Shown here piece by piece: positions 49,239 to 63,203 of a stretch of 64,000 bases of DNA (its first letter is position 1; the number at the start of each line of letters is the position of its first letter). Below the pieces are notes generated by a model. That model had not been told where the DNA came from, did not search any database, and saw only the letters and a program-made list of their open reading frames with translations. This stretch comes from Pecten maximus (taxonomy: Eukaryota): the NCBI RefSeq assembly GCF_902652985.1, contig NC_047031.1, positions 16,306,001 through 16,370,000 of the forward strand, in the 5' to 3' direction. The translations under genes and the position numbers were made by a program.

Positions 49239-52200
49239 CATGCAGTATACAATCCGGCGATATATAAATATTATCAAATCCCAGGAATTCCCCTTTCGAG
49301 AGCACAACGAACACTTCCATATAGAACGAGGTGACGTTTCTGAAAGACACATAAAAACAGCACACGATTCGTATCGTGATATACGACAACATGGGTCATC
49401 ATATGATATTATGTGATATAAAAGTCGACAACATGTACTATCAATTAGACTGTGAAACAAAAACAAAAGAAAATTTGTTGCACATTTAAACATAAATGCA
49501 TTGTCTATTTTTATATCAGTGTTGTATTCATTCAGATAGTTAACTTGGGTCCGTTTTAATAACTGCCAGTGAGATATGGATCGCCAATCGAGTGTTGTTT
49601 AAATAAGTTTCAGCAATGTTGAACGTCACAACAACAGCTATGGTCATTTGAGGACAGCCTCCCCTGTGTGCAAGGTGCATGTGTGTGGTGATTGAGTGTG
49701 TTTTTGGATTGTACGGTATGTTCGTGTTTGTCTCCTTGTCATAATGCTGAACTGATGCAGACTTTATAGCGCTACCTCACTGAAGCATTCTGCAGAAAAC
49801 ACCCGGCAGGTCACCCCACAGCACTATCAAAAGAAGACATGTACGTATCTCGCACACAGGGGAGACCGTCCTTAGATGACCTAATGTGTTAAACAATACT
49901 AAACCAAACACAACCATGCAAATCTACATCTATATGTATAATTTTTAGTTTATTATGTCAACATTCTTTATGATTTTTCAGCATACCGTTCAGAGAAATC
50001 TGGTATGCCTAGTTGGTATATTTGCCACCTGTTCTTCGTCAAACGTTTATCGTACGTTTCAAGAGCGTTTTCGGTCTCGGAGTCAATTATGCGTACACGG
50101 AAACGTCCCACAGATGCTCTCAGGTATACGTCTAGCTGAAACTGAAGAACACCAGACTGGATAAAAGGCACAAAAACGAACAGCACCTTTCATAAATTAA
50201 GTAGCAGATACAAATTGCACGATATGCAGCTATTTCACCTCTGTGTCTCATCAGTAATGCCAGGGGTCAGGGGTCAAGGGTCAAAGCAGGAAAATCAAAA
50301 TCGGTATCAACAGTAATATTTAAAGAACCAACCGTCTATAGTGACAATGTCACACCAAATTAAAAACTAGCTACAATAAATATTCTACCAACAAAGGACA
50401 CTTATGTTTTAATATAATAGTTGCCTATTAATGGCCGACATTTTGTGAAATCAAAAGACAGAAGTTGAAGATAAGTACTCATTGTATCTAAAGAAATCGT
50501 AACAGTTTTGATGGTTTATTTAAATGACCCCCTGCCGAGTCGTGGGTGATTTCTCCAGCGCCTTCTGTTCAGATTTTGTTGGTTTATCTAAATGACCCCT
50601 TTTCAGATTGGTGGGTGATTTATCCAATGCCTTCTGTCCAGGGGACATTCGAGAGCTCAAGGATAAGGTCCGCTATACCCCACTGAATGTTGATTGTAGA
50701 AGGCGCCTAAAAGTGGTCCCTCTGAGGGGATTTCCCTCCATGTGTCCTATTTAGAGGACATTGGAGAGATAAAAAATGATTTTTCTTTTCTCTCCTTACT
50801 ACCCTGTCTTTTGTGCTTTTTTCCTAGACACCCGTTCTCATATAACCCTGGCTGTTGGTGTCTCCTAGACACCCGTCCTCATATAACCCTGGCTATTGCG
50901 AGGACACTTAACCCCTAGACACAGACAATTATTCAAACCAATATATACTTGACTTTCAATGACCCACCTCTAAGTACAGTTTCGGTCTGTTCGTTGGGTC
51001 TTTGTTATCGGTAACCCCGGATTATGTTGATACACTACGTCTAACGCTCCCCATTGACCAGTATACGGTAGGATACAGTCGGATACAGCAGGCGTCATCC
51101 TTGCGCGCTACAAATGTCCCAGGATACAGAAGAAATCATCCCTGATTGTGCAGTAAGAACCACCACACGTCGCCTCCTCTGATATGAAGTGTGAGACGGA
51201 TGTATAATTTCATCACCCTTTGCTTGGGTTGGCACTACAGGTTCATTAATAAAGACATAACGGAGCTTAATAAAAGTCTTACCTGGCATGATTTATTGTC
51301 ACTCAAATAATTTTCGTGATTTGTCAAGTTAACGATCACAAATCCTGTTTTCTTGGCAGAAATTTTTTCTTCATAAGCCAAGATATGACCTGCGAAGAAA
51401 AGAGGTGAAGGTTCTGTTACTATATTTACTGATTAATATTGATTAAGAAGTGTTGTTGTTATTTTTAATAGTGTCACTATTCTAATATTACATCACTAGA
51501 TATGAGTGCTTACTACCCAATTATATTATATATGTTTTTAAATTATTATACAACGTTTTCTTTGAGTGACTTGCCTTCAACAGAGCCGTCAAAGTCCGTT
51601 AAGGTAACTGTCGTATTGGCAGGTATCAGTGTCGGTGTGTTTTCAAAGTAATCACTTAGGATGAATGGACACTGGTCTATCGCTTCTTTTCCTTCGAAAT
51701 CGCAAAGTCCAAGTGAATATTTTTTTCCTGGAAAAATATGATATGAATTAATTTCAACACATACATATTTTGCTTATTGATACCTCAAAACAGAAAGGGA
51801 GCAATCCGTACTTATTTTAGCAAATAATAAAATACCATGGACCACATTGGGAATAATCCACCTAATGACTTATGGGTTATCATATAGGTCATGGGCCTGT
51901 ATCTATTAATATTGTGCCAAATCGTTACCCAGTAACTGTTATATATTTACATTTTATCTTTTACGTCTAAAACATCAAAGTTCTAGATAATTTTAAATGT
52001 CCCCCATGAGTTGTAGTATCAATGCTCAGATTTGTCTTGTTCCGAGTTAGTGTTATTTCAACCCGGTGATCAACATTACCGCTATATTTTGTTATATATT
52101 AATACATCACATTTTGTAAGGCTTTAACCTTAACAAATCTTATGAATATTAATACCAACATTAAACCATATTCATTTATCAGTTTAATATAGGAAGAATA

Positions 52201-55200
52201 AAACAAAAACGTCGATCACCGGAAAATCTACACTTAAAGGTTAATTTGCTAGTAACAGTCAATACCTCAACGACAAGAGAGCAGTGATCAATTATTTACA
52301 CAGACATAAGTTGATATTGTCAATAGATTGAATATTTTGTCATAACAATATGATTTCCTCTGACAACCAGCAGAAGCAGTTATTTAACTTGTTTTAATCC
52401 GACATGTAGGGAATGATACATCTAGGATACCTCAAAAAGCCGAAAACACAGTTTTTGTTTTCCTGATTCATACGTTTAAAGAATTATAAAACGTTACCAC
52501 ATAATTCGTCACTTTCGTCATCACCATGGAAACAATCCTTATGGAAATCACAAAGTTGTTGCGCGGCAATGGTTACTCCCGTCCGACACACGAATATTCC
52601 GTCGTTAGGGCCAGGCACAGGCTTCTCAGATGGTTCTGTAACAAAGAAAATATGAAGCACTTAAGGTAATCTCATTAAGAAGTACAACGTAAATAAGGTA
52701 GTTGACATCGCACCATTATACAAAATTTCATGAAAATCGGACAATATCTAAATTTCCATTGATAAGAGGCCTCGGTCCGGCTGACCTGTCGGATGACCAA
52801 TCGATAAATGATGATACTCTTCCGCACCGCCGGTCATACACTGTACATCAACACTGATGATGTTACGTTTCAGTTGAATTCAGCACAACTGTTTTCGAGG
52901 GACATGAGTTCTACACTCTATAACCGCAATATCTCAATTCTAGTAAAGCAAGAGCAGATAAAATATATGGGTGGTTATAGTTAATAATTACATAACCTGT
53001 TGACTTTTTGTTTTAAATCATAGCTTTTTATCAACAAATTGCATTCGCTATAAGAATTTTCATGTTAACTAACACCAGTATTTTTCATCAAATATAATGA
53101 AGTGGATGTAACTATGATATTTAATAGACAAATTCGTGTTTGAAACGTAGTGCTTTGAATACAAGTTGAACAGTGAAGATGCGTTTTTCTTTATTACACA
53201 ACACGAAGTTCAAACCTCGACAGTATGCTCATTTCATTATGATTTCATGTAAACCAATACCAATGATTGCCAAGCCCTCGCGAGGAGACTACTGTTGCTA
53301 CTTTAGTTTAAAATTACCTGTCGGGAGATGACAGTTTTCAAATACAGCTCTCTGTAATTTCCCAATTTTCCATGGTATATGCTGATTTTTGTAAAATTGC
53401 AGTTGTATTTTAAATATGCCCTCTATCTCTCCGATTGGTTCTTCATCCTCTTTCCATCTGTCAAACATAAAAAAGTTTTTTTCCCAACAATACATTTAAG
53501 TTCAGATGTAGAACTGAATATGTGAAGTTAAGTATGAATACTGATATATCTAATAAAGTCTTCAATGAATGGTTATCAAAGTGAGTGTTAAATTTGTAAA
53601 TTAACAAGTGGGTGTATAATTTCTATAAATAGCACCATGTTAAATGTGTTGTGTAAATAAGAGTGATGAAGGCACTGACTGTAAATTAAGATGAAGAACT
53701 GAATATGTGCTGGTTATGAGATAATAAATAAAGTGTGAGTACTAAATGTATGCTTAAATGTTAATGTGGAATTTAAGTTAGATTGGAGTTGGGATGATGT
53801 TCATTTAAGACGATTTGTAGGGGTGCTGATTGTTATCTAAGAATTTTTAATTTTAGTTACGGAGTGTGTGCTGGGTGTTGGGTGTTAAATGAAACTGATC
53901 AGTGTTGGTGCTGAGTGTGTGCTGGGAGTAAACGAGAATGCAAGACAATCTATATTTGGTTTTGGTTAGATTCAGGTCAGGAGGATGTTGATTTGAGAGT
54001 ATCTGGAATGGGTGCAGAATGTCAATTTAATTTTGGCTGAATGTTGGATGTGTGGTAGAGTTGACTTAGTGTGATAAACATTGGGTATAAATTGGATTAA
54101 TATAGGGGTGCTGGATGTTAGTCCGGGATGAGTTAATATTGGGTGCTAAACTCAATGTGTGCTGAAAGTTAATTTAAAATGATTTATATGTAGAAGATAT
54201 GACATCTATAGTGTAATATTTGTTAGCATGTTCGAAGAAGTACTGGCAAATGTAAATTGCACTAATTTTAGGGGTTAGTGATTGGCATCGTTGCCAAGTT
54301 ATAGTGGGGTGGATTAATCGAAGTATCTACGGGAAACATTGTCGTAAAGGCTCAGTGCATTGATCAAAACAGTAAGGTGTCTCAGAGAAGTATGGCTTGA
54401 TGGTGTCTTTATATAGCATATGCAAGACATGTAAAAAAAACTTTCAATTATAACAAATTCAATTTACATGTTAGGCTATAAATTTGGCGCCTTGCACTTG
54501 TGCTCGTCTGTACAGTATGAGATGCCAAATATTAAGGATCATGTAACTAGCAGATCCCGTGATATTTTACAAGCCTATTAATCACTATTACGGTGCAATT
54601 GAACCGAATCGTCTCTCGATTATCTTATTCCGTTGATAGGGAGTTAAACACCAGACAAGGCACAAACAAATAACCGATTATGCGGTATGTTACTACTGTG
54701 CTATCTCATATTACCATATGAAATATGTTGTGTTTAAAAGAGCTGAATGTTTTGCTGTCACTACCACGGTTCATACAATGTGAACATGACATACTTTTGA
54801 CGACTTAGATTTACGTGAAGCAAAGACGTTTACAGATTACCTGCTATTCTGGTACTATTCCAACGTATCAACTGTATTTTCTTTGTTTAGGCACTGAACG
54901 AGCGCGCTTCATTTAATTTGCCTTTGTCCAGGCGGTTCAATGCTTATGTTTACCACTTTCGATTCAAAATAAATTACTATGCAATATAATTAACGACATT
55001 CAAGTTTCCCCGCCATTCTCGGCTGTGATTCTGTTGATAACTCTACCTTGTTGTTCCGCGTGAAAATAATAGTTCGTGAGATAATAGAAAACCACACAAA
55101 ACTTACCAAAGTAATACACATATTTAAAGTAAATTAACATTATGAAAATGCTAAAATTAAACTATCCGTCAAGTTTTACAAACGAAAAATGTGTATTGGA

Positions 55201-56281
55201 TATTTTTTTCCCGCAACTGCGGTGTGCTTCCCTTGACACATTACAGTATTAATGCACCGGTTGGTGGTTTATGAGATGATAATACTCAACTACTGTTCGT
55301 AAGATTATGCAGTGAAAGTGTCATAGAGTAGTAAATTATGATAGGATATTCAACACGGAGAGAACAAAAACAATGAAATGTTAGTGTAATGAAAGTATCT
55401 TACGCATTCAGTGTAGTCAGGCGCCTTGTCCACACATGGTTGTCTTGTATGATTTTCAGAATCAAAGCAACATCCTGGTTCCTTAGATAATATTTAACGT
55501 TGATGGCACAACGCCAGTAACTGCCTGTGATAAATGGGGAGGTCGCGTCCAGATTGGTGCCGTTGAAATAAATAACCCGACCTGGATTGGTTGATAAATC
55601 ATTTAAGAAATACACGAAAATGCTTCCAACAATACTGTAGGAGTAACATGAACATTAGGAAAATCGTGATACACTTAGAGAGGAGATATTGGTCTGATAA
55701 AGCTGTTTTACTGAGTGCTGCCTTCTGTAAAATGCCGCCTGTGTAATTTTACACCGATGTTTCATTAAGTAAAAAAAAAAGAAATAAATTGTCCTTATTA
55801 AGACCCTGTGTTAGTAACAATTTAATGTTACTGCACATTTGCTAATATTCGAATAGGTATAGATGCTTGCGGTATCTATATATTTTTTTACATATATAAA
55901 TACCAGTAAATATCCATCTTACTGACTGTAAGTTATTCCGGTGTTTGTATCGTTCTTCGCGTTTTATAGTTTGACATTGAGATTATGAAGACAATATTGT
56001 TGATCGTTAAGAAAATTACTTGACCCCCCGCCTCCTAACAAAAACAAATATAAACAAGTAAATAAATAAACAAAAGACATGGCTTACTTACCCTCTGGTT
56101 CCAGATCCTTTGCGCAGGGTTTTCTACAATTACCTCTTGTTTCAAAGACGACATTTGGGTTTGAGAAATCCCAGTCCACCCCGTTTGCACTGTAAAGCGA
56201 TGGGTCTAAAAGTAAAGTAATGTTGATATACACCATTCGTGTACTGTTATTCGTGGTTTGCAAATACTGGCAAGGAAATGT
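49239..56281 (-). CDS. ALK-like RTK ectodomain: MAM1 - LDLa - MAM2
   Basis: MAM1: 56281-56092, 55581-55404 (GRVIYF..ATSPFITGSYWRCAINVKYY), 53457-53318 (WKEDEEPIGEIEGIFKIQL...FENC). LDLa: 52635-52498 (FVCRTG.TIAAQQLCDFHKDCFHGDDESDELC). MAM2: 51727-51575 (CDFEG...QC; GC donor), 51389-51283, 50141-49987, 49339-49239 (FYMEV...LGFDNIYISPDC). Phases chain correctly from 56092 through to the TM exon. Confidence 0.82.
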
Positions 56282-57671
56282 CTGTGTAGACAAGAACTAA
56301 ATCAATTATAGAACGCCTACTTCTTCACTTCTATTGGATAATGTTCATGTGCCGCATTATACTTGATTACTGTATAGATTGTAATATTCGTGGGAAGTTT
56401 CATTTTATTACATGCGGGCGGTCATTGGATATATAACGCGAAAAAAACCACCCAGCGATTATTGATGATTGCCAATATTAATTATACATACATGTACATA
56501 CGAAAGTGTAAATGTGTTCGCCTGATTTTTGTAATGTACATGGCTTTGTTTAGTGAATTTTAATATGGCTTCACGATTAATCAGATAAAGACAACCGCGA
56601 AATTTTACCCTGCGGAGTTGAACAACTTAAAGTATGAGCTATTTGCGTTTGACTTTAACGTACGATCTGATCTAAATCTAATCTTAGAGTTTGATGCATC
56701 TGTTGATCTAAATGTGTGTTTTTTCTGACATCCATGGTCAAGTTCAAATTTCATTGTTTTACGTCTATACTTATCGATAACAATACAAACATTGAAATGA
56801 AATCCCTTGCCTGGTGTATAATGTTTAGTTTAGTATTGTTGGGAGTTCTTTATGATACTCCATTGTTCAGACAATAATTTGCTGCAACAGCTAGCTCAGT
56901 GACATGTCATGAAATATAAAATGTTATATCAGATTTCATCAACGGAGTTCCGTAAAAGCGGAAATAGTTTAGAACTGGAAATATAATTTCTTTTGTGTCC
57001 GGCCTCAACATGCAAAATCGATGCCACAATGCAAGTTATGGTGACATGTCTATATGACACTTTTCAAACATTGCCGAAAGAAAATAGATACTCCCAATCC
57101 CTGAAGACTAATATTGAGTATTGGGTCTAGGAAAAATACGTATTAATAACAGGAGTCCAAAACAATGTAATGAATAATTCATTAATCAACAGCAGAAACG
57201 CACACTAAAGACCACACGAAGCATGATCACCATACTAATAACTCGGAAGACTGACAACATTTCAGAATCACGAAAATCTGTCTAGTTTTACTCTCAATGG
57301 AATTCGTGAATAGCACGATTGTTAACGTTTGCCATATGTGATCCTTTGATGTGTTGAAAACGTAAACAAATATAAATCATGTATCTGATTCACGTCACGT
57401 TGTACTCTTATAATGTCACAATGTGCACGAGATGGTCATACAGTAACATTGATAGCATGTGTTTTGCTCGTTTATATCATGGTATTGTGTTAATTGTTTT
57501 TGTCTCGACAGACATGATATTTATGAATTAAGTGTAAACGACATTCGAAACATGAGTGTTTTAGACAGATAAAGTGAACATAAGAGGACCACTAGCAGAA
57601 TTATCATTGTAACGTTAAACTTCAGAGTGGTGTTAACACGTTCGTAGTAAACGAAACCAATATTGTACCAT

Positions 57672-60480
57672 AAATTTAACTTGGTTATAATGTACACGTA
57701 AACAGACGTCTAAACATAACTAGGTTATAACGTACACGTAAACAGACGTCTAAATATAACCAGGTTATAACGTACACGTAAACAGACGTCTAAATGTAAC
57801 CAAGTTATAACGTAAACAGACGTCTAAATATAACCAGGTTATAACGTAAACAGACGTCTAAATATAACCAAGTTATAACGTAAACAGACGTCTAAATATA
57901 ACCAGGTTATAACGTAAACATACGTCTAAATATAACCAGGTTATAGCGTACACGTAAACAGACGTTGAAGTATAACCAGGTTATAACGTACACGTAAACA
58001 GACGTCTAAATATAACCAGTTTATAACGTACACGTAAACATACGTCTAAATATAACCAGGTTATAACGTAAACAGACGTCTAAGTATAACCAGGTTATAA
58101 CGTACACGTAAACAGACGTCTAAATATAACCAGGTTATAACGTACACGTCAACAGACGTCTAAATATAACCAGGTTATAACGTAAACAGACGTCTAAATT
58201 TAAACAGGTTATAACGTACACGTAAACAAACGTCTAAATATAACCAGGTTATAACGTACACGTAAACAGACGTCTAAATATAACCAGGTTATAACGTACA
58301 CGTAAACAGACGTCTAAATATAACCAGGTTATAACGTACACGTAAACAGACGTCTAAATGTAACCAGGTTATAACGTAAACAGACGTCTAAATATAACCA
58401 GGTTATAACGTACACGTAAACAGACGTCTAAATATAACCAGGTTATAACGTAAACAGACGTCTAAATATAACCAAGTTATAACGTAAACAGACGTCTAAA
58501 TATAACCAGGTTATAACGTAAACATACGTCTAAATATAACCAGGTTATAACGTACACGTAAACAGACGTTGAAGTATAACCAGGTTATAACGTACACGTA
58601 AACAGACGTCTAAATATAACCAGGTTATAACGTACACGTAAACATACGTCTAAATATAACCAGGTTATAACGTAAACAGACGTCTAAGTATAACCAGGTT
58701 ATAACGTACACGTAAACAGACGTCTAAATATAACCAGGTTATAACGTACACGTCAACAGACGTCTAAATATAACCAGGTTATAACGTAAACAGACGTCTA
58801 AATTTAAACAGGTTATAACGTACACGTAAACAAACGTCTAAATATAACCAGGTTATAACGTACACGTAAACAGACGTCTAAATATAACCAGGTTATAACG
58901 TACACGTAAACAGACGTCTAAATATAACCAGGTTATAACGTACACGTAAACAGACGTCTAAATGTAACCAGGTTATAAAGCAAACAGTCGTCTAAATATA
59001 ACCAGGTTATAACGTAAACAGACGTCTAAATATAACCAGGTTATAACGTAAACAGACGTCTAAATATAACCAGGTTATAACGTACACGTAAACAGACGTC
59101 TAAATATAACCAGGTTATAACGTACACGTAAACAGACGTCTAAATATAACCAGGTTATAACGTACACGTAAACAGACGTCTAAATATAACCAGGTTATAA
59201 CGTACACGTAAACAAGCGTCTAAATATAACCAGGTTATAACGTACACGTAAACAGACGTCTAAATATAACCAGGTTATAACGTACACGTAAACAGACGTC
59301 TAAATATAACCAGGTTATAACGTACACGTAAACAGACGTCTAAATATAACCAGGTTATAACGTACACGTAAACAGACGTCTAAATATAACCAGGTTATAA
59401 CGTACACGTAAACAGACGTCTAAATGTAACCAGGTTATAACGTACACGTAAACAGACGTCTAAATATAACCAGGTTATAACGTACACGTAAACAGACGTC
59501 TAAATATAACCAGGTTATAACGTAAGCAGACGTCTAAATATAACCAGGTTATAACGTACACGTAAACAGACGTCTAAATGTAACAGGTTATAACGTAAAC
59601 AGACGTCTAAATGTAACCAGGTTATAACGTAAACACGTAAACAGACGTCTAAATATAACCAGGTTATCACGTACACGTAAACAGACGTCTAAATATAACC
59701 AGGTTATAACGTACACGTAAACAGACGTCTAAATATAACCAGGTTAAAACGTACACGTAAACAGGTGTCTAAATGTAACCAGGTTATCACGTACACGTAA
59801 ACAGACGTCTAAATATAACCAGGTTATAACGTACACGTAAACAGACGTCTAAATATAACCAGGTTATAATGTACACGTAAACAAACGTCTTAATATAACC
59901 AGGTTATAACGTACACGTGAACAGGCGTCTAAATGTTACCAGGTTATAACGTACACGTAAACAGACGACTAAATATAACCAGGTTATAACGTACACGTAA
60001 ACAGACGTCTAAATATAACCAGGTTATCACGTACACGTAAACAGACGTCTAAATATAACCAGGTTATAACGTACACGTAAACAGACGTCTAAATATAACC
60101 AGGTTAAAACGTACACGTAAACAGGCGTCTAAATGTAACCAGGTTATCACGTACACGTAAACAGACGTCTAAATATAACCAGGTTATAACGTACACGTAA
60201 ACAGACGTCTAAATATAACCAGGTTATAATGTACACGTAAACAAACGTCTTAATATAACCAGGTTATAACGTACACGTAAACAGGCGTCTAAATGTTACC
60301 AGGTTATAACGTACACGTAAACAGACGACTAAATATAACCAGGTTATAACGTACACGTAAACAGACGTCTAAATATAACCAGGTTATAACGTAAGCAGAC
60401 GTCTAAATATAACCAGGTTATAACGTACACGTAAACAGACGTCTAAATATAACCAGGTTATAACGTAAACAGACGTACAA
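57672..60480. repeat. 40-bp (and 34-bp variant) CpG-rich palindromic satellite, about 70 copies
   Basis: Unit TAAATATAACCAGGTTATAACGTACACGTAAACAGACGTC; the short variant lacks one 6-bp ACGTAC. Confidence 0.97.
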
Positions 60481-61117
60481 ATACAACCTCAACGCGTCAA
60501 AATACGCCACATGACCAACCCGGAAAGATGTATTGGCGTTAACATTACGGATAGGTAGCATATGATGGTGCATAACAGGAATATAGTTAAGTGTATTTTG
60601 TTTGTAACTCGCATTATTTCATTTTATATCAATAATTTGGGGGAATATGAACACATATTGTAACTTTCCTTGAGATTTCAGAAAGCAGCTATGAAGGTTG
60701 AAATGTAAAAAATAACGACATTCTGACTAAACTATTACTTCAACCCATAATCGATAAATCGAGATGAAAGTATGGATATCAATGAGGATATTGTTGTTCA
60801 TATTTTGGCATCGTTTTATTTGCTTTTAATTATAATTATGGTTCTATTATTATGTTGGTATCATGTTTGTTGCCGACAGAATGTACAAACAGCAATTGCA
60901 CATCCGAATATGAATCTGCTAGTTAATTTATACAATAGATCAAGTCTTTGCCGAATGAATGCACAGAACTGCGTATTTATTAGACTAGATAATTCATGGT
61001 AGACAGGGCGTTTAAGTGAAGAAAATATTCGAGAGAGATCAGGAAGATAAGCTTGTCCACGTATTAGCTAACCAGTGTAGAGAATATGAGCGTTAACGGA
61101 TATTATACAATACTTAC

Positions 61118-61714
61118 CAGAGATAATGAGGTGTAGGTCCGTCCCAGCATCTGTAACACTTACTGTTGACTGATCACTAAATATTTCCGGTGGAAATACC
61201 GTTACAATAGAGACGTCTGTAGTATTGCCCCCTTGAGCATTCCATAACAATGTAGATAACCATTCCTGAAGTTTTATATAGTCTAGCGGTATAGTAGCAT
61301 TGTTGCATTCTTCGTCTTTAAATAAATCTCGGATACACTTATTAGTTTCTATAACATTGCTTAGGGGAGTATTCCCAGCCTTGTCATCAACCTTCGTATT
61401 GTCACAAGTAGATACCAAGTATATAGTAAACAGGGTCCATTGCTTCTGATAATTTGATACACCGGCTTCTGGCCCCGCGGTAGTGGACTGCGGTAGTTTG
61501 CACGTAAATTGGTATTGGGCACGTAGAACTGTTCTTCCAACAAGTAGGTTATAAATTGTCTGACAATATCTCTTGTGAACTGGTATCTTCTACATGAATT
61601 GAAGTTCGAATTTGTGGTATATTTTCCGTTTCCACTCCATAGACAAACAATTGTACACACATCGAGAGATATGTTGCATAGTGCCTCCGATTCATCTCCA
61701 TAAGGGTAAAGTTC
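61118..61714 (-). CDS. Large N-terminal ectodomain exon of the ALK-like RTK (Cys-containing, N-glycosylation sequons, domain unassigned)
   Basis: Acceptor TAG|GAA at 61714 and donor G|GTAAGT at 61118. Two overlapping long ORFs (ELYPYGDESEALCNIS...GPCLL and YLVSTCDNTK...LHLIISG) join if 2 nt are removed from a TATATA run near 61420. Confidence 0.6.
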
Positions 61715-62004
61715 CTAAAATAGAAATGATAAATACTTAACTACTGTATTCCGAATGGCATGATAAATACTTAACTACTGTATTCCTAATGGCATGTCAT
61801 ATTTTACTTTATTTTACAATTACACATGTATTCGCGATAAGAGATACAACATATTACTGCATAGCTGGTAATATTCGGGAAAGGGAGTTTATTATTATTT
61901 TCGCGATCATTAGATTACGAATACCCATATATTGTCACGTTTTTGATTTGTTGAGATGTAATTATATAGCGTGCAATCCAGGTGTTACCAGATTACCTTC
62001 CTCA

Positions 62005-62262
62005 TTCTAACCACTTCCCCATACATTATCTTTCTATCCCTTCATAACCCTCTTTTTATATCTTTATAATCCATTCCTTCTATCCATTTTCGTCCTCTTC
62101 TTTCTATCCGTATCTTACCCCTTTTCTCTTTCTTTCTAACCCTTTTCTTTCTACCTGTTTCTAATTAATCTTCCTTCTATCCATTTGTATCATCTTCTAT
62201 CTATCTATCGCTTTCTCGTTCTCTCGTTTCCTTTGTTATATTTTGTTTACATTTTCACTCTC
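62005..62262. repeat. Pyrimidine-rich low-complexity tract
   Basis: Degenerate TCTTTCTATCC repeats. Confidence 0.6.
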
Positions 62263-62266
62263 ATAC

Positions 62267-63203
62267 CTGTTACGTTTAAAACCACCTTTGCCAATATAAC
62301 TTTAACCATATCGAGCCATGCGTGGGACGTTCATTGATATCAACATGACGTCACGATTTGTTTTGCATCGAAGTTCACTATTGTATATTAGCCAAGGTGT
62401 AAACAGTTGTATGGTATATCTAGCGTCAATAACGTTTCCTTTAAAGGACGAAGCAGTTGCATGATAGCCCTAGCATTAATAACGTCTTCTCGAAATAAAA
62501 ACAGTTATATGATGCTCCTAATATTGATAACGACATTAAAAACAGCTGTGTGATGCCATTATGTATTAATAATTCCAAATTTCCTTTATTACGAAATTCA
62601 TTTTGAAAAATAAGTCTTCCTCGTTCACGAGATCAAAGCTATATATGTCTTTGGGCATTGTACTCCCTGTTCACCTACGCAAGACAATATAGATCTATAT
62701 TTGGACTAATACATTTTGTGTCGTTTTTAAATTAGTTTACATTTATAAACATTAATTATTAATCATAATTCCTACCCTAATATTAAGGAGGCAAGGTAAT
62801 AAGAAATGCATGTCGTCGGATGAATGTCCGGGTATGTAATTCTGATAAATATCGCACAGTAAAATGTCTTTAGTACTTCCCTTAGAGAACTAGACATTGG
62901 CTGCCCCAACAGTGGGCGCTTGCCCTTCCGGTCTTATTGTGGTTTTGCTTTGTCCTTTGTCTTTGTTATTTATCGTGCAGTCATTTTATCGATTGTGACC
63001 TATACTTTAGGTTCCCCGCCTTTTTCTTTGTTGGTGATATTGACTCAGATATACACCGTACAAATCAGTCATTATAAATGGGTCAATACGGCGAGTGTTG
63101 TGTTACAGGTGGTATTCTTGAGGTTCACAGTCATCCAGAGACTGGTGGTGTAATATGAAAGTTCAGAATAGTTCAGGACACATACAAGAAAGAATATGGA
63201 CAT
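62267..63203 (-). CDS. Possible signal-peptide and further upstream exons of the RTK
   Basis: MSIFFLVCVLNYSELS... from 63203, and a segment 62469-62267 (GYHATASS...QLFTPWLIYNSELRC) with an AG acceptor and GTATGA donor. Both need frameshifts to splice in frame, so support is weak. Confidence 0.25.

Noticed and set aside
53500-54300. G/T-skewed tract
   Set aside because: Looks like an ancient decayed tandem repeat; no unit or coding signal could be defined.
56092-56281. NIDO-domain reading of this exon (TFPCQYLQTTNNSTRMVYINI)
   Set aside because: The 3' part (GVDWDF...KDLEPEG) fits the start of a MAM domain, and the 5' frame is uncertain because of a phase mismatch.
60772-61002. 76-aa ORF with a hydrophobic stretch on the plus strand
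   Set aside because: Short AT-rich intronic antisense ORF with no other support.
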